Source: Malacoraja senta (taxonomy: Eukaryota). Taken from it: 64,000 nucleotides of DNA. This document shows positions 11,760-25,763 of the stretch, in pieces; the first letter of the stretch is position 1, and each line of letters begins with the position of its first letter. Position numbers and translations under genes: made by a program. The stretch covers positions 16,616,001-16,680,000 of the forward strand of contig CM075985.1 in assembly GCA_038087875.1 (NCBI GenBank), read 5' to 3'. The notes under the pieces were generated by a model, which searched no databases, had not been told where the DNA came from, and was given only the letters and a program-made list of their open reading frames with translations.

Positions 11760-12475
11760 CCGGTTGGCGGAGCGACTCACGTTGCAGCGGCCCCTGCAGC
11801 CTGTCTGTCTTTTTTTTTAAATGTTGTCCGGTTGAATGTAGTTTGTTGTGTTCTTTTATATTGTTTTTAACTGTGTATATGTGGGGGGCGGGGGGAAACA
11901 TTTAAATCTCTTCCCTGCACGGGAGACCTGACCTTTTTCCTGTCGGGTCTCCGTTGTCGTTGGGGCCTAGTACCGTGGAGCGGCCTCCAGCCTGAACGAC
12001 CTGGGGGCTCCAGTCGCGGAGCCTGCAGAGCTGCGGACTCACCATCGTGGGGCTGGCCAGCCTCGGAGCGTGGGGAGCGGTGGTGGCTTGCTGCCGCGGC
12101 CCGACTCCGGAGCTCTGGAGCTGTGACATCAGGAGCTCGCGGGTCCCGGGTGGGAGATCACATTTCGTAGCTCCGCAACGCAACTTCTCCCGCCCGTGTC
12201 ACGGGGTTGGAACGACCCGGAGCGGGGCCGTACATCGCCCGGTGCGGCTTAACGGCCGCGGGACTTACCATCACCTGCCGGGGGCTCCCACCTTGAGACA
12301 TTAAGATCTGGAGCGGGGCAGTACATCGTCCGGCGCGGCCTTAACGGCCGTGGGACATACCATCGCCCGCCTGGGGCTTTAACATCGGGAGAAAAATGGA
12401 ACACAGGGGAGAGAAAAGACTTTGCCTTCCATCACAGTGAGGAGGAGATTCACTGTGATGGATGTTTGTGTGAAT
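11760..12475 (+). mobile_element. Second copy of the GC-rich non-autonomous element (3' tail missing)
   Basis: Shares ctgtcgggtctccgttgtcgttggggcctag, the internal tandem units and gactttgccttccatcacag with 3643-4510. Confidence 0.75.
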
Positions 12476-13625
12476 TGCGCTGCAGAACTAAATGGCGCAA
12501 GGATGAATACTTCCTTCAGTCGGCAAGTGTAGGAATGTGTACACTAAACAAATAATACTGAAATCTGGCTCACTAAATTGACCATAAACATCATTAGAAT
12601 AGAGCGGGTCAGAGTCAAGAGAAAATGCGAAGTACTAACCAGCCTTGAATGAATTCCAAAGACTTCATAAATCTTGAGAATAGAGTTCTGACACACCACA
12701 GGAAGCCTCAGCAACCACCACTAAATTATTCGCTTGAATTCACTCCAGGGAATGTTATTATTTTCCTCCAATAATATATACTGTTCATTTTATGTGCAGT
12801 TCTTTGGTTTATCCCCAATTTCGTGGCCCATGGCTGTCAATGCTGAACCTGATCGCTAACACACTAGAGAACCACTGATGCTCAGCACTGTCCCACTGAA
12901 GGATTAATGACAGCAAGGTGATCAGTGGACATTTTGGAGAATAAATAATCAGTGGTTGTTCGCTGGGATAGTCCTAACACTGATTATTACATCTGATAAA
13001 ATATCAACAATATAGCTTCTAAATAAATAGGTGCTAATTATCATGTTGCAGTTAGACAAGAACTAAGAAATAATATTTTGCGACAGAAATGAAGCAATAA
13101 AATGACCATTGCTGAACCTGCTACTCATGTGGCATGAAGGCAGGCATTCATTTCACAGCAACTACTCTATGGAGAACAATTTCCAATTTTGTCACCGAGA
13201 ACAAGATAATATACAGCATATGGCACTGGCAAGAAATCCCATTAAACTGGTTAGATCAGAAAGCTAGACAGAAATAAATTATCACACTCTCATTGAGGAA
13301 TGGAATAATGAGCAGCAAGGGCAGCACGTACCAGTCACCTTATCACATTAGAGTTACAGAAGCTTGCCAATAACTTCATTTCATTCTCAGCTTACGACAC
13401 TGAAGCACCCTCGTCCCTCGAACCTTTCCCGAGCTAAATCAGTAATCAAACTCCAATGTCATTACTTTGAACCAAGAAAACTAAAGGCATCTAAACCACT
13501 GCCTTGTTCTGGACAGGCATGGAGCGCATTCTAGATAATATTGTGGACTGTTTCTCTTGGAGAGCATGAGGATGTCAATATCAAAACAGCAAAACCCAAT
13601 GTTTATGTGGCCTCTATCACATTTT

Positions 13626-13996
13626 CAATAGACAATAGGTGCAGGAGTAGGCCATTCGGCCCTTCGAGCCAGCACCGCCATTTAATATGATCATGGCTGA
13701 TCATCCCCAATCAGTACCCCGTTCCTGCCTTCTCCTGACAGGCAGAGAATTCCACAGACTCACAACTCTCTGTGTGAAAAAATGTTTCCTCATCTCCATT
13801 TTAAATGGCTTACCCCCTATTCTTAAACTGTGGCCCCTAGTTCTGGACTCCCCCAACATCGGGAACATGTTTCCTGCCTCTAACGTGTCCAAACCCTTAA
13901 TAGTCTTATGTTTCAATAAGATTCCCTCTCATCCTTCTAAATTCCAGAGTATACAAGCCCAGCCGCTCCATTCTCTCAGCATATGACAGTCCCGCC
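13626..13996 (-). mobile_element. CR1/HER1 3' fragment with internal deletion
   Basis: [25 protein letters not shown]; same subfamily as 7210-8397. Confidence 0.9.
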
Positions 13997-14254
13997 TATG
14001 ACTGTTTCACTTCAGATACTTGACATTTTTTTGTCTCAAGTAACCAAATACAAGATCAGTAAGTGAACCACGTCCACATCACCGTGGATTCAGGTCTTGT
14101 GTGACTGCAAAAGGTGAAGCCAGCCAGTAGTCCAAGAGGAATTGTTGATCTTTAACCTACTGATGAGCATTAGTCTGATTACCCGGCTTAGCAGTGCAAA
14201 GACAATGAAAGAGATAACTCACGAGACATTGTTATATCACTGTTGGGATTAAGT

Positions 14255-14715
14255 GGGAACATTGAACAGTGCGGCAAAGGAGCATGCTCTTCGGCCCACA
14301 ATGTCTGTGCCGAACATGATACCAAGTTGAACCGATCTCATCTGCCTGTACATGATCCATTTCCCTCTTCTCCCTGTACATCCATGTGCCTATCGAAAAG
14401 CCTCTTAAATGCGTAAGAAAGAACTACAGATGCTGGTTTAAATCAAAGGTAAAACGTTGCCCTTTCCTTCTCTCCAGAGATGCTGCCTGTCCCGCTGAGT
14501 TACTCCAGCATTTTGTGTCTAGCCTCTTAAATGCGTCAGCCACCACCAATGTCTCATCGGCCACCACCATTACCCCAGGGAATGCATTCCAGGCCCCCTT
14601 CATTCTCTGCATAAAAACCTTGCCCAGCACATCTCCATTAAACTTTCCCCTCTCACCTTACAGCAATGCCCTCTAGTGTTGGATATTTCCACCATGGGGT
14701 AAAAGGTTCTGATGG
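14255..14715 (-). mobile_element. CR1 3' fragment interrupted by a Penelope-derived insertion (14415-14520)
   Basis: CR1 tail and WNAFPGVMV motif; the insertion is flanked by a 16-bp direct repeat agcctcttaaatgcgt (14399-14414, 14521-14536). Confidence 0.8.
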
Positions 14716-14837
14716 TCTGAGAAGATGAGGCGACATTCTGCTCAACCTCCATCTTGTATATAAGCAGAGGCTGCCTCTCACTATCACTTGCTACAAACAA
14801 TAGAAAGAGATTTCAATCCCCGAGATCCTCAATACCC

Positions 14838-14938
14838 GAGTCTGAAGAAGGGTCTGAAGAAGGTTCTCGACCCGAAACATTGCTTCTATCCAGAGATGCT
14901 GCCTGTCCTGCTGAGTTACTCCAGCATTTAGTGTCTGT
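14838..14938 (+). mobile_element. Penelope-derived short element with duplicated CTGAAGA
   Basis: gtctgaagaagg gtctgaagaaggttctcgacccgaaacatt; flanked by cc(c/t)gagatcctc repeats. Confidence 0.75.
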
Positions 14939-15272
14939 CCTGAGATCCTCTTTGCACATGAATTACCTGTTGTTAAATTGAGAAAACAACAGAGAAACCG
15001 ACCATTTGGCCCACTGGTCTACGTTGTCATTTTGGCATCAGATCAGTTTGTTTTGCCCGGTCATCCTTGATTTAACCTTCACCGTACGTTCCAGTCCTTA
15101 CTCCTTCATGTAATGATCCCATCTTCCCTTTAACATGCTGTGCCACATGCTTGACGGGCTACACTGGAGCTAACTCTCATTAGATTCCTACCGTGTTTCT
15201 GTTGGAGAGTGTCAGGATGTAGCTACCATCTCGCAAAGAGTCACAGATCTCTTCATTCCTGGCAATATCCAC

Positions 15273-15578
15273 GGCGGCACGTTGGCGCAGCGGTAGAGTT
15301 GCTGCCTTAAAGCACCAGGGACCTGGGCTCAATCCTGACTATGGGTGCTGTCCGTACGGAGTTTGTACGTTTTCCCCGTGACCTGCGTGGGTTTTCTCCG
15401 GGAATCTCCCGTTTCTTCCCACGTTCCAAAGACATCCAGGTTTGTTGGCTAATTGGTACAATTGTATAAAATGATTCCTAGTGTGTGTAGTATAGTGTTA
15501 GTGTGCATGCATCGCTGGTTGGCATGGACTCGGTGGGCCAATGGGCCTGTTTCCACGCTGTATCTCTAATCTAAACTA
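15273..15578 (+). mobile_element. HE1-like V-SINE, full length
   Basis: ggcggcacgttggcgcagcggtagagttgctgcc head, V-domain and tail tatctctaatctaaactaa. Confidence 0.9.
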
Positions 15579-15584
15579 ATCCTT

Positions 15585-15855
15585 TCCACAGCCTCCAACC
15601 TGATAGTTCCCCATCACTACACTACCTCTTTCTATTTCCTACCCAAGATCCAGAAAGAGGACTGCCCTAATGGGCCCATTGACTCTGGTTACTCTTGCCC
15701 AAGTGAACTCATCCCCACGTACCTCAACGTTGTCTTATTCCCCCTTCTCATATCGCTTTCCATCTACATCTGGGACACCTTACAAGCTCTCCATCATGTC
15801 AAGTGAATTTCAAATTCCTGAACCTCCACTGCCTCATCTTTACCCATGGACATAA
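15585..15855 (+). mobile_element. Degraded Penelope reverse-transcriptase fragment
   Basis: FYFLPKIQKEDCPNGPI..SCPSELIPTYL resembles PLE RT FYLLPKIHKP.CPGRPIVS.CSCPTELISTYL. Confidence 0.6.
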
Positions 15856-16050
15856 TAGAAAGCATTCAATCGGGATACATCACAATTTGGTTCAGCAATT
15901 GCTCTGCCCAAGACTGTAAAACATTACAATGAATTATCGATACAACCTAGTCCATCACATGAATGATTGTACTCATGCATGGTGTCACTTGACTGGATAG
16001 TACACAGAACAAACTCACTGTATCTTGGTGCATGTGACAACTATAAACCA
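15855..16050 (+). mobile_element. Rex1/Babar-like 3' fragment
   Basis: IESIQSGYITIWFSNCSAQDCKTLQ-like segment and tail cactgtatcttggtgcatgtgacaa. Confidence 0.55.
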
Positions 16051-16294
16051 ACATTAGTACCAAATCTGGATTTAATGAAGAGTGCTAAGAAATGAGATTA
16101 TCAATGGAATGCCACCAAGATGTCAGCACAGTTCCCCAGGCATCTGTGGAGCCCCACTCAGCCTTCAATGGAAAACCATTACAATATCAAAGGTTCCCCC
16201 CTCCTCCCACTGATTTAAAAGAACCCTCCATAATATCAGTGGAATTGGATCCAGATTTCCAGTTTCAGTAGTTATTCCCTTCAGCAATTTGCAT

Positions 16295-16800
16295 ACTCAT
16301 AGGGTGATACAATGTGGAATCAGGCCCTTCGGCCCAACTTGCCCACATGGGCCAACATGCCCCAGCTACACAGCTCCCACCTGCCCGGATTTGGTCCAGA
16401 TCCCTCCAAACCTGTCCCATCCATGTACCTTTCTAACAGTTTCTTAAATGTTGGGATAGTCCCTGCCTCAACTACCTCCTCTAGCAGCTTGTTCCATACA
16501 TCCACCATCCTTTGTGTGACAAAGTTACCCCTCAGATTCCTATTAAATCTTTATCCCTTCACCTTAAACCTATGTCGTCTGGTCCTCGATTCATCTACTC
16601 TGGGCAAGAGACTCTGTGCATCTACCCGATCTATACCTCTAATGATTTTATACACCTCAATGAGATCACTCCTCATCCTGCTGCACTCCAAGAAATAGAT
16701 TCCCAGCCTACTCAATCTCTCCCTATAGCTCAGACCGTCCAGCCCTGGCAACATCCTTGTAAATATTCACTGTACCCTTTCCAGCTTGACAACAGCTTAC
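16295..16800 (-). mobile_element. CR1 3' fragment
   Basis: MLPGLDGLSYRERLSRLG...RMRSDLIEVYKIIRGIDRV; WNKLLEEVVEAG. Confidence 0.9.
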
Positions 16801-16839
16801 TCAATTTCATTAAATGAACAATTCAGAAACTCCAAGCCG

Positions 16840-17140
16840 CTGAGAATGTTCTTCCGTTCCGACGTCGGAGTTCCGATCATCCCGTCGAGAGGGCCTGAAC
16901 ATCGGGCCGCCGTAGCGGCGACTGCGGAGGGCTCAAAATGCCTCAACCACGGGTGAACAACAAAGAGGAAGATGACTGCACTTTATTGCCTTCCCTCACA
17001 ATGGGAAACGTTGATTCCGCTGTGTGGGGATGTTTATGTTAAATTCTATCGTGTATTGTGTTCTTTTTATTCGTATGGCTGTATGGTAACTCAAATTTCA
17101 CTGTACCAATTGGTGTATGTGACAATAAATGTAAACCTGA
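16840..17140 (+). mobile_element. GC-rich non-autonomous element 3' part with TGACAATAAA tail (tail also at ~18065-18188)
   Basis: CpG-rich body, ttgccttccctcacaatgggaaacgttgattccgctgtg, tail aatttcactgtaccaattggtgtatgtgacaataaa. Confidence 0.65.
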
Positions 17141-17614
17141 ACTATCTGCAAATTCACCAGCAATCAATTCCTCATTTACTTATATCTTTTTTATAGGCGA
17201 CTGCTCCAATAACTGACTAATATACCATGCTCCATTCCTGTATTGATTTGATGTGGCTCCAAAACTGCACATTTATTAAGTCAGTGCAGCTCACTTCACA
17301 ATTAATTTGTGGTTATAGGTGATTACATAAATGCACTGTTGCCCTCCACTCCATTACACTTATAATTCACTACAAAAATTAATGACCGCATTCACTTATA
17401 ACTTGATGGTGCCCACTTGTGAACAAACTGCTCAATTTATTACAACCTATAGTTCCTATTAATTTATTAATTCTATTTAGTGATAATCTTCATTTAATGG
17501 CAGCATCCTTGCCTCAGAATGTGCAAATTGTGGATTCACGTTCGAATCAATCACATTAACTAACTTGCACAGACACTGCGGATTGAAGGGCCTATTCCTG
17601 TCCTGTACTGTTGT

Positions 17615-17770
17615 ATGTGTAGGAAGCAACTGCAGATGCTGGTTAACACTGAAAATAGACAAAATGCTGGAGTAACTCAATGGGTCGGGCAGCATCTCTG
17701 GAAAAAAGGAATCGGTGATGTTTCGGGTCAAGACTTTGAAGAAGTGTCTCAACCCGAAACGTCACCTTTT
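17615..17770. mobile_element. Penelope-derived short element, inverted arrangement
   Basis: Minus-strand body ending ggtgatgtttcgggtcaagac, followed by plus-strand tgaagaagtgtctcaacccgaaacgtcacc. Confidence 0.7.
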
Positions 17771-18314
17771 CTTTGCTCTACTCTTCTTTGTTCTAAAGCA
17801 CACTCTTTCAGAGGTGGCAGCATTTGGTTCACCTTCTGAATAAACACAAATGCCCCGATTGCACCATTGGAAGAAGATTTGAGCCTATCACTGTGATCCC
17901 TTCTCAATGCTGCTAGTTCCAACATGAAAACCCCAATGGTTCACTTGGGACTTTGCAGCATGCCAGAGGGCTACTACACTTCTTTCCATCACCTGGCAGT
18001 GGCTGCACCTCAAAGTGAGAAAGTAAATGTATTATAAATGGCCATTTTTCTCTTCCTGAGGTTCTGTGGGGGATGTTTATGTTAAATCCTATTGTCTATT
18101 GTGTTATTTTATTTGTATGGCTGTATGGTAACTCAAATCTCACTGTACCAATTGGTGCATGTGACAATAAATGTAACTCGAACTTGAACCACATATGTCA
18201 GTAACATTCAGTGCTTGTCAATAAGGTGAAGGATACTAGTTTCGCTCGGTTTAATTTCACTGTTGGAACTCAATTATTTTAAAGGTGATCCTGCCTTTTC
18301 AGTTCTGTTAATGT

Positions 18315-18768
18315 TATCATATGATGAGCATTAGATGACATTGGGCTTGTACTCGCTGGAGTTTAGAAGAATGAGGGGGAACCTCATTGAAACGTACAGA
18401 ATAGTGAAAGGCTTGGGATAGAGTGGATGTGGAGAGGATGTTTCCACTAGTGGGAGAGTCTCGGACTAAAGCTCATAGCCTCACAATTAAAGGACGTTCT
18501 TTTAGGAAGGAGATGAGGAGGAATTTCTTGAGTCAGAATGTGGTGAATCTGTGGAATTATTTGCCACAGAAGGCTGTGGAGGCCAAGTATGTGGATATAT
18601 TTAAGGCAAAGATAGATAGATTCTTGATTAGTGCAGGTGTCAGAGGTTATGGGGAGAAGGCACGAGAATGGGTTTTGGAGAGATAGATCAGCCATGAATG
18701 AATGGTATAATGAGTTGATGGGCCGAATGGCCTATTTCTGCTCCTATCGCTTATGATCTTATGATCTT
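18315..18768 (+). mobile_element. CR1 3' fragment
   Basis: DVERMFPLVGESRTKAHSL...NLWNYLPQKAVEA; (ttatgatc)n tail. Confidence 0.9.
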
Positions 18769-19659
18769 AATATCTACATTACATTAGTAATAGTATATAT
18801 TTTGGTGTCCACATTCTATGGGTACGTTCAGGATAAAACACTCCATTATGTTTTGACTGTACATATGGAAAAAAACATTGTAAAAGGACAGGTACAGCAG
18901 TACAAATTGGAAGAATTGGTAACTATTTGCATTCTCTTTGAATACATGTACAAGTTATTTGTCTCCAACAAGGCAAATCACCACAGGATACATTGATAAT
19001 GTTCTTGCCAGGCCAAAAAATAGTGCAACTATAACAAATTAATTGATGCTAATTTTGTATAAATCCACTGAAGCCAAATACTAAAAATATCTAATTATTT
19101 TCAATGTTTCCATAAAGACAGATGACAATATCTGAATATATTATATCGTAGTATATTGAGGAGAGGTAACGTGCTGGGGATTTATCTAAATCTGCTGATT
19201 AGTTTTCAATTTGTGACACTTCTCCTGCAGAGCATAAGCTACAATGGAAATGGAGAATATGATTCAACACACACATTATGTCACCAAGGAAAATCTACTG
19301 CAAAGGAATCAAAATCCTACAGATATCCCAGAGAAGCAGATTTCACATCAACTCAGGACTGTATTTTGCAAATGCCCTGAAACCTTTATCGCAGATCTCA
19401 GATAAAGAGATTGACTAATTTTATGGGACAATTACCACAGCTAATCAAAGAATAAAACACTAATAAGTTAAATGCCATCTTAACTTAAAGAATGTGCTGT
19501 CCTCACTTCTTAGCTTGGACTTAAAGAAAGATAATTATTCATTTTTACCTTCGCGCCTAAAGTGAATCTAGCAAATGCAGCAATTGGATTCACGCCACAA
19601 ATAGCATGAATTTCTGCAAGGAGCAAAACATTTACTGCTGCTTTGTTGTCATCCAGCAA

Positions 19660-19870
19660 ACATAGACACAAAATGCAGGAATAACTCAGCGGGACAGGCA
19701 GTATCTCTGGTTAGAAGGAATGGGCGACATTTCGGGTCGAGACCCTTCTTCAGACTGAGCCTCTGGATAGACCCATTTGTTCTCTCCATAGATGCTGCCT
19801 GTCCTGCTGAGTTACTACAGGACTTTGTGTCTATCTTCGGTGTCCAGCATCTGCAGTTCCTTCCTACACA
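19660..19870. mobile_element. Penelope-derived element, head-to-head halves, 13-bp TSD
   Basis: ttgttgtcatcca at 19643-19655 and 19871-19883; hammerhead-like core on the minus strand at 19726-19753. Confidence 0.8.
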
Positions 19871-20059
19871 TTGTTGTCATCCACCATGGAAATAAAGTAA
19901 AGCAGGGTTTGAGAGGAGCAGCCGTTCTGTCAGAAGCCAAGTTGGACATTTACCTCTACCACTTTGGTGTCCCTCGGACTATACCTGATCAGACTTTGCT
20001 GGCTTTACCTTGCACTAAACGTTATTCCCTTATCATGTATCTTTTCACTGTAAATGGCT

Positions 20060-20555
20060 CCCAGTTGACTGTGCCTGAACCCTTCTGTCAGTGGATCACC
20101 AACTTCCTGACAGACAGGAAGCAGCATGTGAGGCTGGGAAAGCACATCTCGGACCCGCAGACCCTCAGCATAGGAGCACCGCAATGCTGCATATTCTCCC
20201 CTCTCCTTTACTCTCTATACACCAACGACTGCAATGAAAGATCATCTCTGACCCCTATTACCTTGGCCACAAACTCTTTAAATCACTTCCCTCTGGAAGG
20301 CGACTCCGGACTGTCAAAGCTGCCACAGCCAGACATAAAAACAGCTTTTTTTCCACGAACAGTAACTCTACTCAACAGCCAAAAGTCTGTAGCCTCCTTT
20401 TGCCCTGGTATTTTATTACATTCTTCACATGTTTAAATTATAATGTTTCATTTTTAATTGTCTACTGTATATCATGTTGTTACTTGCGAGCAAAGCACCA
20501 AGGCAAATTCCTTGTATGTACACTGTACATACTTGGCTAATAACATTTATCCAAT
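20060..20555 (+). mobile_element. Rex1/Babar LINE fragment (RT part fused by internal deletion to 3' end), nested in another Rex-type tail (~19940-20620)
   Basis: PEPFCQWITNFLTDRKQHVRLGKHISDPQTLSIGAPQCCIFSPLLYSLYTNDC, then an LPSGRRLRTVKAATARHKNSFFP-like C-terminus and the gcaccaaggcaaattccttgtatg tail. Confidence 0.85.
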
Positions 20556-21632
20556 TCAATTGTATTCATGTATTTTCTTTCTGCTAACTGCATAGCCCGC
20601 AACAAAAGCTTTTCACTGTACCTGTTTAGTTTAGTCTAGTTTAGAGATACAGCGTAGAAATAGGCCCTTTGGCCCACGCTGACCATCAATCACCCGCGAA
20701 TAGTACTCATCAATGAGAACTATAATTTCACTCTGCATCTTCCGCTTTGCTCTACCCACTGTACGAGTTTAACTTAATGGGATTTATGTATAGCATTATC
20801 TGATCTGAATGGGTCGCATGCAAAACAAAGGTTTCCACTGTACCGCTGTTCACGTGACAATAATAAACCTAAACCTCAACCAGTCTCTTGTGTACGTTCT
20901 AACAGGTGGCTTTCGGTGTAACTCTTTGCTGCATTAGACAAAGTTTTAAATATTCGATCAATGACAACAATGGCAAACATGGTCACCGTTGGGCTCATAT
21001 GCTGCCCAAACCACTACTTAAACTGTGTGGCACAGGGCTTTTCTCCCTGCAGCCACATATTGGATGCCACCCCCGAGAATGTATTATCTTGGAAGACTCA
21101 AATGTACATGAGAAAAACAATTCAATCCAACCTGCCAAATGTATTTACTTCAAAAATAAATGTTTTATTTAATCAAAACTGCTGAGCGATCCCTGGAGCT
21201 GATTCACATATTGGATATAATTAAGACCTCCCACAGAGCACAGTTTGACACCAGTTAATGACATGCTTCTTACTCTGCATTGACTCCATTTAAAACTGTG
21301 TGCAGAATTATATATAAAATATTTGTTATTCCTTCAAACATGCTCTTTCCAGAGCTTCTGCTGCATCTATTTCCATGCCGTCAGCATTGTGTTGTATTGT
21401 AGACTTTAGATGTACTGATAGGGATTTAGGTCGTTGGGGTCGGGAGCAGTGACAACTGGGAAGATATGTTAGAGCAACAACTGTAGAGCTAAACTGTGGA
21501 GTTCAATCCATGACCTCCTGTCCTTTTGCGTGTGGCTTCCATGCTGGGATTATGAGGCAGGATTATCTGTGCCCCCTGTAAAATGATTTCCTGGCCACAA
21601 ATACCATAGCAGGTTATCACACGGGCAATTCA

Positions 21633-21968
<336 letters not shown>

Positions 21969-23039
21969 TCAAAATCACTTTAAAAATAGTACGACTACTT
22001 GGGGGTGTATGTGGGGTAATATTGTTTACTTCCAGTCTTGTTCATGTATCAAATTTTAGAGGCAATGCAGAAGCATAGCTTGTTTGAACAAAGCATAATA
22101 ATGTAATAATGTGCCTGCAGTGAAAGAACATAGGCTGGCATTCATTGAGTAGATTTTATAAAGACACAGCGGGCACTTTGGGCGGAATGAACTCATCTGC
22201 TGCAAGAGCCAAGGCCTGGGGTTTTAATCAAGTTGACACCAAGGATGCCATTACTTAGTCCATTTATAGAATGCACTGGAGGAAAAAAGTGATTAATGCC
22301 AATGCAGATGGTTAAGGAAGAAAGTGTGGGCTGAGAAATTTGGAAGGTTGCCACTGATTTTCCTCAGTGGGAAAGAAACCAGGCCCATTAGAAATGCAAT
22401 GTGGATCCTTCCAGCAGTTAATCACTCTGTGGATGATATATTTTCCATTTCAGTAACACATATCATGGTGTCAATTCCAATCCACACTCAAAATGTTGAT
22501 GTAGCAAATGCATGATTGGTTCATCGGGTCCAGCAACAACCTCTCTGCACCTGGGTTCTGATCAAGCAACCCTTTGTGTACCACGGGCACCCCTCAGCGT
22601 AAGGAACCACGTTCCTGATCTGTGACCCCTCAAACTTGGATCATGGTCACTCCCATCCCAAACCCCAATCTGACATCTGAACCCTACCACCTGCCTATGA
22701 GGAGCCCTGGACCCGATGCCACTCCTGACTTTTCTTGCAGGGGTGAGGCTAATGGTGCTCATGTGTCACAGTGCCAGAAATCCGCGTTCAGTCCTGATCT
22801 CTTATGCTATCGGAGTTAGCAAGTTCTCCCTGAGACTGCTAGGGCTACCCTTAGGTGTTCAAAATTTATCCCACGTCACAGAAATGTGTGGGTTTGTAGG
22901 TTGACACAAAATGCTGGAGTAACTTAGAGGGACAGGCAGCATCTTTGTAGAGAAGGAATGGGTGAGTGGTTAATTAACCATCAGGAAGTCCAGCCACATT
23001 GGCAGAAGGAGCACAAGACCTCCCAACTCCTGCACAAGT

Positions 23040-23627
23040 TCACAAGCTATAGTAGAATTAGGCCATTCAGCCCATCGAGTCTACTTCGCCATTCAATCAT
23101 GGCTGATCTCTGCCTTTTAATCCTATTTTCTTGCCTTCTCCTCATAACCCTTGACACCCATTCTAATCAAGAAATCGTCTATCTTTGCCTTAAAAATATC
23201 CACTGACTTGGCCTGCACAGCCCTCTGTGGCAATGAGTTCCACAGATTAACTATCCTCTGACTAAAGAAGTTCCTCCTCACCTCCTTTCTAAAGGAGCGC
23301 CCTTTAATTCTGACGTTATAACCTCTGGTCCTAGACTCTCCCACCAGTGGAAACATCCTTTTCACATCCACTCTATCTATGCCTTTCATTATTTGGTACG
23401 TTTCAATGAGGTCCCCCCTCAACCTTCTAAACTCCAGTGAGTAGAGGCCCAGCGCTGTCACGCGTTCATCATGTGCTAACCCACTCATTCCTGGAATCAT
23501 TTTTGTAAACCTCCGCTGGTCCCTGTCCAGAGCCAGCACATGCTTCCTCAGATATGGGGCCTAAATTTGCTCACAGTATTCCAAATGCAGCCTGACCAAC
23601 GCCTTATAGAGCCTCAGCATTACATCT
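23040..23627 (-). mobile_element. CR1 3' fragment
   Basis: QRRFTKMIPGMSGL...LGLYSLEFRRLRGDLIETY...NLWNSLPQRAV. Confidence 0.92.
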
Positions 23628-25763
23628 TCTACCCAGCTGCCATCACACCCATGGCAGAGTTTGCTGGTCTGATCCTGGCCCCATCACCCATCTGAGATCT
23701 AGAGAATAGGGATGGAAACAAGTCATTCTGAGTTAGTCACTGAGGACCTACCTCAGAAAAAGACATCCTCGGTATCTCTAACATGAGCACAAAAATAAGT
23801 GCTTGATATCTATGCTGGGATTTACAGCATCAGGCACCTCAATTCTCATAGCACCCTGACAAACATCCCATCGCAATTTAGAGAAGAGTACAGTGAATCA
23901 CAATTTGACATTGGGCCACCTTTGTCAGATGAGCAAAACATTGATTACAAAGTTCAGGTTTTAAAGGGAACTCCAAAAGTAGGAAAGTAAGAAAAGGAGG
24001 TTCAGAGCCTTGGGCCAAAGTCATTTAAGGTGCAGTCAAATCAAGTCAGCAATTAAAGTCAGGCATCAAGAGGTCATCAATGCAGAAAAGAAGGTGAATG
24101 TGTATGGTAACACAACCTCTACAACCCTCAATAGGGTTATAGGAGTGAAGGAGATTTCAAAGACGGGATGGGGCAAGGCCTTTGAGAGATTTGTACGGCA
24201 AAATGTGAATCTAGAATCGATACAATGCAGACAGCAAGTGCAGAGATGATGGATGAAGGAAGTGAAGTAAGATACACACAGGAGCAGCCATGATCTTACT
24301 GAAGGGCAGGGCAGCCTCTGGAGTGCAGGCTGGGTGTGGGGCTGATCGCGGTTCCGTTTCTATATGCTCCACGCTGGGTTTAAGATGACATTAGTTTACA
24401 GTGAGTAAACCATGATAGGAAAATGTAGACTGCCTTGGAATAAAGCCTAGAGATAACAAGGGTATGGAAGAGAGTATTAATAGCAGATGAATTGAGGCTT
24501 GGCAGTGCAGTCCAGTCACAGTGTCAGTGCAGATATGTGGACCAAAACTCATCTCGAATTAACAAAAGCACCAAGGTTGCAAGCAACCAATCGGAGAAAG
24601 TACAGATTCAATGGGGAGGGAGTGGAGTTTGTAACAGTTCTAAAGAAAAATCTTCCCAATATTTTGCTGGAAAAATCTTCTTCTCTTCCAGAATTCAATG
24701 TTGAACCAGCAGTCTGGGGAATCAGAGGCAGTCGAGTGGTCGAGAGGGGCAGTGGTGGGGTGGGACTGGGAGTTGCTAATGTACACTTGAAATTGAGTCA
24801 GTGTTATCAGATGACGGGCATCAGGTGCAAAATAAGAGGAAGCCAGGACAAGACTGTGGGAACACAGTAAGAACCCTGCAGAAGACTTTTCCAATGACTG
24901 AATGGGTTAAGAATGGAACTAGGTGACTATGATTTTGTGCAACCAGGCAACGCTGAGTGCTGGTGCAGGATGACACAATCAACAACAACAAAAGCAGCAG
25001 ACAGTTGGAAGGACACCATGGATAGACTTTATGTCCATCACTCAGTTTGTTCGATGTGAAGTACCTGCACCTCTTGTCAATGCTTCCTTATACTTTCAGC
25101 AAAATCTGTCAGTTTCTGAATCATATCAACAAACACCATTCGGTGAAGGATGTCAAAAATCCAATTCATTCTTTCAAGAAATAGAAATATAATTTGAACG
25201 ATATAAAAGGACAATTCTAACTTGAACATACACATTACATTCCTTTAGAATTAACTTCTTCGAAACAAGAAAATCTTTTCATGGCAAATATATTTGAGAG
25301 ATACTAGCAATACTTTTGCCACATTTCAGTGCACAGAAATGATAATTAACTGGTGAAACCATGTCTAGTTTCCTGGACCATCCCTTTTAGAAACGATTGT
25401 AGCTGCCATGCAGAAATGTGCAGGGTATGAGTGCTCAGCAAGACATATAGCCATTCTGATGTTCTTATAATTGCCGTTCATTAATGGTACTAAAATCAAT
25501 TTCAAATGAGTGCATATGCATTTGCACTTGAGTGGTAAGGTGCATGTCCATACAAGTACTTGTGCCAAAAGCAGTGCATAGCATCACCTGTAATTTATCT
25601 AAGTACCATACCCTAAGGCATTCACCTGTCTAAAGTGTAGGCAGTTTTATTTTCTGCTTGCAGTCATTAAGAAGACCAACACTGACAAACTCCTTCAATT
25701 GAAACTGAACTTCATCCGCTAACAGTCATTTTTAATGTTTGGTCCCATAACTTAATTATTGTT

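Noticed and set aside
15273-15345. tRNA genes
   Set aside because: The tRNA-like A/B-box heads run straight into a V-domain and LINE tail, so they are SINEs.
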